Assembly: GCA_964491015.1 (NCBI GenBank)
Contig: CAZBEY010000001.1
Location: forward strand, 66,119 to 130,118
Reading direction: 5' to 3'
Origin: an uncultured bacterium
GTDB taxonomy: Bacteria > Fidelibacterota > Marinisomatia > Marinisomatales > TCS55
DNA: 64,000 nucleotides
Part shown: positions 59,779 to 64,000 of the stretch, piece by piece
How the letters are laid out: every line of letters starts with the position of its first letter
How positions within the stretch are numbered: the stretch's first letter is position 1
Made by a program: the position numbers and the translations under genes
The notes under the pieces: generated by a model
The model's input: the letters and a program-made list of their open reading frames with translations, nothing else
What the model was told of the DNA's origin: nothing
Database searches by the model: none

Positions 59779-61312
59779 ATAGTTCCTCCAGTATTTGTGC
59801 ACGTTTATGTTGTTTACGTAATCGAATAAATCCAAATGAAATGATTAAAAAAGATGGTAGAATAATATTAATCCACTTCCAGGTTCGTTTCGTACTGTCT
59901 TCTATTTCCTCGAGTGGCCGGCTGGTAATTTCCCTGGATCGAAGGGCAATCAAATCTTGATCCCCGGCCAAATAATCCACCGCATTCATGACAAAAACAT
60001 GGTTCGCCTGGATTCCGCCCCCTCCTTTATCTGCCAAGAATTTTGAGTCAGAAACTAAAATAATTTGGCTGGTGATTTTTGTTTCATTATTAAGAACCGT
60101 GGACTTTCCGGCAAGCATTTTTCCCTGTTCATTCAAGCGGTTCAATGCCGGATTCGTTCTTGGATCAGGATTCATATTATATTGACCGGACATCGTCGAT
60201 GACCTGTTTGAACTGGAGAATAGCGGTGTAACGGTCACATAACTCTGGCTGGTATCCACTTTTATTTCACTGGCAAACATGACCGTTAATTGTTCCAAAC
60301 CATTGACCATCGCTTCCCTTTGGTTAAATCTGGTAATGATGGGCAAGAAAGGATATTCCATCGGAACATTCATTTGGATAAAACCCATATTCTGCTGAAC
60401 ACTGACACTACCGCATTTGTGATCGAGAACCAGGTTTTCTTCTAATTGAAAACCATAATTTGATAGCAGGTCAAAGATATCCGATTTAACAGGCGTCGCC
60501 CTTTGGGTTTGAATATCTGTGTCTATTCGTCCCTGGGCGAAGAATATATTTCCCCCTCGATTAATAAATGAGACCAAATTCATTTTGGTGTCCGCAGATA
60601 GAGAGTCCAAAACGCCGTTGACTAAAATAACATCAATTTCATCAGGTACCGGCTTATCCAAAACGATATTTCTAACCTGGTAGCGCTGCCTGAGCAATGA
60701 AGAGATATTTTGATTTTTTAACTCGTCATTTTTTTCGAGTTGAGCGATAGCAATGACCTTTTTATCTTTATCCACCAGTTTTTTAATTTTGGTGGTGATT
60801 TCGTATTCTAACCCGGTGGTTGATTGGATTAATGGAATAATTTCCTTTTGATCTTCATAATTTAAAGTCATTCCCATAAGCACCCGTTTAACTTCTACCT
60901 TGTCATTTTCTACTACCTGTAACTGAACGGGTTGAATACCGGCTTTTTGAGCTTCCTGCTCCAATTTTTCATCTCCATCCGGTTTATAAAATTCAAAATG
61001 AATATTTCCATTGGAATAGGCAGCATATTCTTCCAGTATATCCTGGAGATAGCGGCGGTTATTCCCATATTCACCGGGAAGATCATCGGAAAAATATACT
61101 TTCAATGTGAGGAGGTCATCGATTTGACCCAGCACATCCTTGCTGGAGTTAGAAAGGGAATACATCTTATTATCGGTAAGGTCAAATCGGAAAAACCAGT
61201 TGCGGGAGATTAAGTTGACCAGCACAAGCATTACCACCAATGCGGCTATGGAAAGAAAAATTGATTTTTTCTGTTCAAATTTCATTGTTTCAACCCCACT
61301 TTCTTGCGTCAA
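59771..61312 (-). CDS. ABC-transporter auxiliary protein, GldG-like
   Basis: 513 aa with N- and C-terminal TM helices around a large periplasmic domain, following a GldF-like permease. An alternative start is the ATG at 61285. Confidence 0.7.
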   Translation of the reverse strand: MTQESGVETMKFEQKKSIFLSIAALVVMLVLVNLISRNWFFRFDLTDNKMYSLSNSSKDVLGQIDDLLTLKVYFSDDLPGEYGNNRRYLQDILEEYAAYSNGNIHFEFYKPDGDEKLEQEAQKAGIQPVQLQVVENDKVEVKRVLMGMTLNYEDQKEIIPLIQSTTGLEYEITTKIKKLVDKDKKVIAIAQLEKNDELKNQNISSLLRQRYQVRNIVLDKPVPDEIDVILVNGVLDSLSADTKMNLVSFINRGGNIFFAQGRIDTDIQTQRATPVKSDIFDLLSNYGFQLEENLVLDHKCGSVSVQQNMGFIQMNVPMEYPFLPIITRFNQREAMVNGLEQLTVMFASEIKVDTSQSYVTVTPLFSSSNRSSTMSGQYNMNPDPRTNPALNRLNEQGKMLAGKSTVLNNETKITSQIILVSDSKFLADKGGGGIQANHVFVMNAVDYLAGDQDLIALRSREITSRPLEEIEDSTKRTWKWINIILPSFLIISFGFIRLRKQHKRAQILEELYD

Positions 61313-62003
61313 GCGTTCGAATAGTTATATAAAGGAAAAATCCAATTAATGAAATAAAGTAAATAATATTTCTTGAATCCATGACTCCTCTGGAAATATT
61401 TGACAGGTGAAAATTTATACTCAAGAATTGAACCACCCCGGCAATAGATACAGGGATGAAAACAAGCATCCAGTCCATTAGGGAAAAAACCAACACCAGG
61501 AAGACTCCAATGATGAATGCCACTACTTGATTTTCAGTAACGCTACTGGCAAATGTACCTACAGCCGAATACACAGCCCCGACAAACGCCAATCCCATGT
61601 ATCCGCTGAATACAGCGCCATAATCTATATTGGTTCCGACGTACATCAAGGTAACAAGATGAATAACGGTTGCCAGTAAACCCAGCAAAATTAATGTGAA
61701 TGCTGCCAGGAATTTCCCGAGAACAAATTCATAAGTTTCCATTGGAAGAGTGTCAATCAGTTCCATGGTGCCAATATTTTTCTCTCTTGCGATCAACCCC
61801 ATGGAAACAGCCGGAACAAAAAATAAATAAATCAACGGAACGATATTGAAAAGTGAACGCATATCGGACTGGTTAAATAAGAAAAAGGTATTGATAAAAA
61901 AGTACCCATTGATGACGGCAAATATGACCAGAAAAATATATGCCATGGGACTATTGAAAAAGGTGCGCATTTCTTTCAGGAAAACGGATCGTGTATTATG
62001 CAT
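61290..62003 (-). CDS. ABC-2 type permease, GldF-like
   Basis: 237 aa with six TM helices. It overlaps the ATPase gene by 8 nt. Confidence 0.7.
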   Translation of the reverse strand: MHNTRSVFLKEMRTFFNSPMAYIFLVIFAVINGYFFINTFFLFNQSDMRSLFNIVPLIYLFFVPAVSMGLIAREKNIGTMELIDTLPMETYEFVLGKFLAAFTLILLGLLATVIHLVTLMYVGTNIDYGAVFSGYMGLAFVGAVYSAVGTFASSVTENQVVAFIIGVFLVLVFSLMDWMLVFIPVSIAGVVQFLSINFHLSNISRGVMDSRNIIYFISLIGFFLYITIRTLDARKWG

Positions 62004-62940
62004 TGTTGCCTCCTGATACGGTCAAGGTTCTAAAGACATCTTCCAGATTTGCGCTGTGGGGAACCATGGATAAAATAACCCATCCTTTTTCCACCGAATA
62101 TTTGAATATTTTCTCACGGGGATCTTTTTCCCTTGAATATTCTAATTGAAATTGATGTCCATTGGCAATATCACTCATTTTAACAAGTTCGATACCAGGA
62201 ACCGATTCAACTAAATGGTGGATGTCCTCGGTAGTGGAAAGATTGGTTTCCATGGAGAGTAGAACATTCCCCATAAAATTTCTCATGAGTTCATCGCTGG
62301 TACCATCAGCCACAATTTCACCTTTGTGAATAATCATAATTCGATCGACAGTTACCTGAATTTCCTGCAAAATATGACTGGACATGAGGACCAGTTTTTC
62401 TTTTCCGACCCTTTTAATCAATTCACGAATTTCAACAATTTGGTTTGGATCAAGCCCTGTCACCGGTTCGTCTAAAATTAATATTTCCGGATCGTGGATC
62501 ATGGAAGCCGCGAGTCCAATACGCTGCTTGTATCCTTTAGAACATTCAGATATAAGTTTGTGAATCACACCTTTTAATCCGCATTGTTCTACTACTTTAT
62601 GCAATGCTTCCCTAAAGGGCTTCCCGGTGATTCCTCTGATATCTGAAATGAAAGATAAATAGTCGTGAACAACCATTTCACCGTAGAGGGGATTCAATTC
62701 AGGCAAATAGCCAATTTTTCTTTGAATTTCCTTGGCGTGATTCACAATATTCAAATCATCAACTTCCACCCTGCCGGCTGTTGGCAATAAATAACCGGTA
62801 ATCATTTTTAAAGCAGTCGTTTTTCCTGCGCCGTTTGCACCAAGGAATCCAACGATTTCACCATCGTTTATTTCGAAGTTAATGGACTTAACCGCTTGGA
62901 CTTCATTATAGTTTTTAGATAAATCGGTGACCTTAATCAC
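61996..62940 (-). CDS. ABC transporter ATP-binding protein, GldA-like
   Basis: 314 aa with Walker A (GANGAGKTT), the signature (SKGYKQR) and Walker B (ILILDEP). It uses a GTG start with an AAGGAG SD 10 nt upstream. Confidence 0.9.
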   Translation of the reverse strand: MIKVTDLSKNYNEVQAVKSINFEINDGEIVGFLGANGAGKTTALKMITGYLLPTAGRVEVDDLNIVNHAKEIQRKIGYLPELNPLYGEMVVHDYLSFISDIRGITGKPFREALHKVVEQCGLKGVIHKLISECSKGYKQRIGLAASMIHDPEILILDEPVTGLDPNQIVEIRELIKRVGKEKLVLMSSHILQEIQVTVDRIMIIHKGEIVADGTSDELMRNFMGNVLLSMETNLSTTEDIHHLVESVPGIELVKMSDIANGHQFQLEYSREKDPREKIFKYSVEKGWVILSMVPHSANLEDVFRTLTVSGGNNA

Positions 62941-63204
62941 TGTCAGTTTTCTCCTTATTACTAAAGTTTAGTTATAGTAAAATGTTATATTAACCAAAAT
63001 CAATTGAAAAAGTTCCGGCGAATTTATAAACATTCTTGCCATATTTCAACGAAGAGCCTGACAGAATTTTTTTATCCCTTTTTGTCAAAATATCTCCGAA
63101 ATATTCTTGTTTCAAATTAGTCCAATCTTAATAGAGCAAATGAATTCAGATCTTTTCAGCCACGAGCTATTGGTGGGTAAATAATATGATTAAATAATTG
63201 TCAA

Positions 63205-63233
63205 CCTTTCAAAGGTTTCAAACCTTTGAAAGG
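63205..63233. repeat. Perfect 29-nt palindrome (14-bp arms, 1-nt centre)
   Basis: The sequence cctttcaaaggtttcaaacctttgaaagg was checked position by position. TTTCAAA/TTTGAAA heptamers recur with a 9-bp period. It lies in a ~670-bp ORF-poor gap about 265 nt upstream of the gldA-like GTG start. Confidence 0.85.
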
Positions 63234-63614
63234 ATTAATGTTGATTGCATAAATAACTATGCGGATTTGATACACTATATCAGCTTTGGGATGGAGAAAT
63301 TAGTGGAAGAATTTCTAAATATGTAACCTCATTCAGTTCAGTTTGAATTTGATACTAAATATTGAAAACACTTTATCAAGCTTTTTTCAAAGGTCTACAG
63401 TGCGATACTTGTTAAAATTGCACGAGAAACATATGTAAGTTCTTTTCCCGCCCAAATCTACTTTTCAGGTACTCTACTTTTTTCCAAGGGGATTAAAACT
63501 TCAAGTCCACCTTGAACTGGTTTTATTTTTTTATTCCTGTCAATTCCGCCGGTGTAATAATCCAGTTGTTATCAATGTTTATTATTGTTCTTATAATATT
63601 ATACCTCTATTCAT

Positions 63615-64000
63615 CTACATGGATAAATGTTCTTTTTTCACAAAAGACCGCCATTCATTCCACATGGTTAAATTGGACAGAATTTCATCCCTGAATTGTG
63701 GATTAAATGATTCAAAATATCCGTATTCTTTTTGAATTTTAAAGTGGGGTTCTCCCTTGACAGTATATTCCGGAAGAAGTGTTTCTTTTCCTTCATTTAA
63801 TTCAGTAATACAATACCCTCTCCGGCGGCATAGACCTGAATCCAATGTAGCGTCCTGCCTGATCCATTTTCTCTCGATATATACAACCGAGAGCCCATGG
63901 TAGCGTAGTACTCCGTCAGAAATGATTGAACGATACCTTGTTTTCATCAATGGATAATCAATCACATCCTGATAAACCAATGCAGATGGGATTCCAGCCG
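63615..64000 (-). CDS. Transglutaminase-like protein, C-terminal part (N-terminus beyond the right edge)
   Basis: The reading frame is open to the window edge (…AGIPSALVYQDVID…). AGIPSA plus YHGLSVVYIERKWIRQDAT resembles the GIPAR / HxWxExY…W…D core of transglutaminase-like cysteine proteases. This is a weak, motif-only call. Confidence 0.4.
   Translation of the reverse strand, partial: AGIPSALVYQDVIDYPLMKTRYRSIISDGVLRYHGLSVVYIERKWIRQDATLDSGLCRRRGYCITELNEGKETLLPEYTVKGEPHFKIQKEYGYFESFNPQFRDEILSNLTMWNEWRSFVKKEHLSM

Noticed and set aside
63491-63533. A possible bidirectional rho-independent terminator (acttcaag tccac cttgaact flanked by A- and T-tracts) downstream of the transglutaminase-like gene
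   Set aside because: The stem has only about 6 uninterrupted, AT-rich base pairs. This is too weak to call without a folding-energy calculation, so it is left as a note.
63512-63694. A 60-aa plus-strand ORF at the 3' end of the transglutaminase-like gene
   Set aside because: It overlaps the minus-strand coding frame, is hydrophobic AT-rich shadow sequence and has no SD.
1-64000. A search by eye for tRNA/rRNA signatures (GGTTCGAATCC-type T-arms, 16S/23S conserved blocks), CRISPR periodicity, and transposase or integrase genes
   Set aside because: Nothing of this kind was recognised. An eye scan can miss a tRNA, so tRNAscan/Infernal should be run. The only gaps large enough to hide one are 258-537, 20217-20502, 21969-22319, 53959-54253, 58936-59223 and 62941-63614.

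Overview
This is a densely coding, low-GC bacterial chromosomal segment, transcribed almost entirely from the minus strand. The lineage looks like the FCB superphylum: it has a T9SS C-terminal sorting domain, a GldA/F/G-type ABC module and DUF2851. Unlike classical Bacteroidetes, clear AAGGAG Shine-Dalgarno sites are used.

Content from left to right:
- A partial DHH phosphoesterase, a PduO-type corrinoid adenosyltransferase and an NhaD-like antiporter.
- A respiratory block at about 2.6-20.2 kb. It holds nqrM, apbE, nqrFEDCBA and, immediately upstream, an 11-subunit nuo cluster (nuoABCDHIJKLMN) with no nuoEFG.
- A small plus-strand islet: proline dehydrogenase, a CoA-binding protein, a PH-domain membrane protein and two cupins.
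- Housekeeping genes: nadK, xseBA, HU, an MltD-like transglycosylase, DUF2851, plsC and serS.
- A Wzx/Wzy-type exopolysaccharide locus at 32.9-47.2 kb: priming transferase, Wzi-like protein, GT2, GT4, flippase, polymerase, co-polymerase, Wza, rfbB, rfbC and ugd.
- A vWA membrane protein, tsaD, a YbbR protein, rpsA and cmk.
- A DNA methyltransferase, a T9SS-secreted hydrolase and a putative PD-(D/E)XK nuclease in one gene string.
- A gldA/F/G-like ABC transporter with DUF4340, and a partial transglutaminase-like gene.

I saw no rRNA, tRNA, CRISPR array, transposase or integrase, and no classical defence island.

The items most worth follow-up:
1. nuo and nqr are fused into one gene train.
2. 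NuoC carries a tandemly duplicated Lys/Ala-rich N-terminal extension.
3. The methyltransferase, secreted hydrolase and nuclease-like genes form a tight trio.
4. The polysaccharide co-polymerase has an N-terminal HTH-like module.
5. A 31-codon bS22-like ribosomal protein gene is missing from the ORF track.

All functional calls rest on motif recognition by eye. No database search was run.
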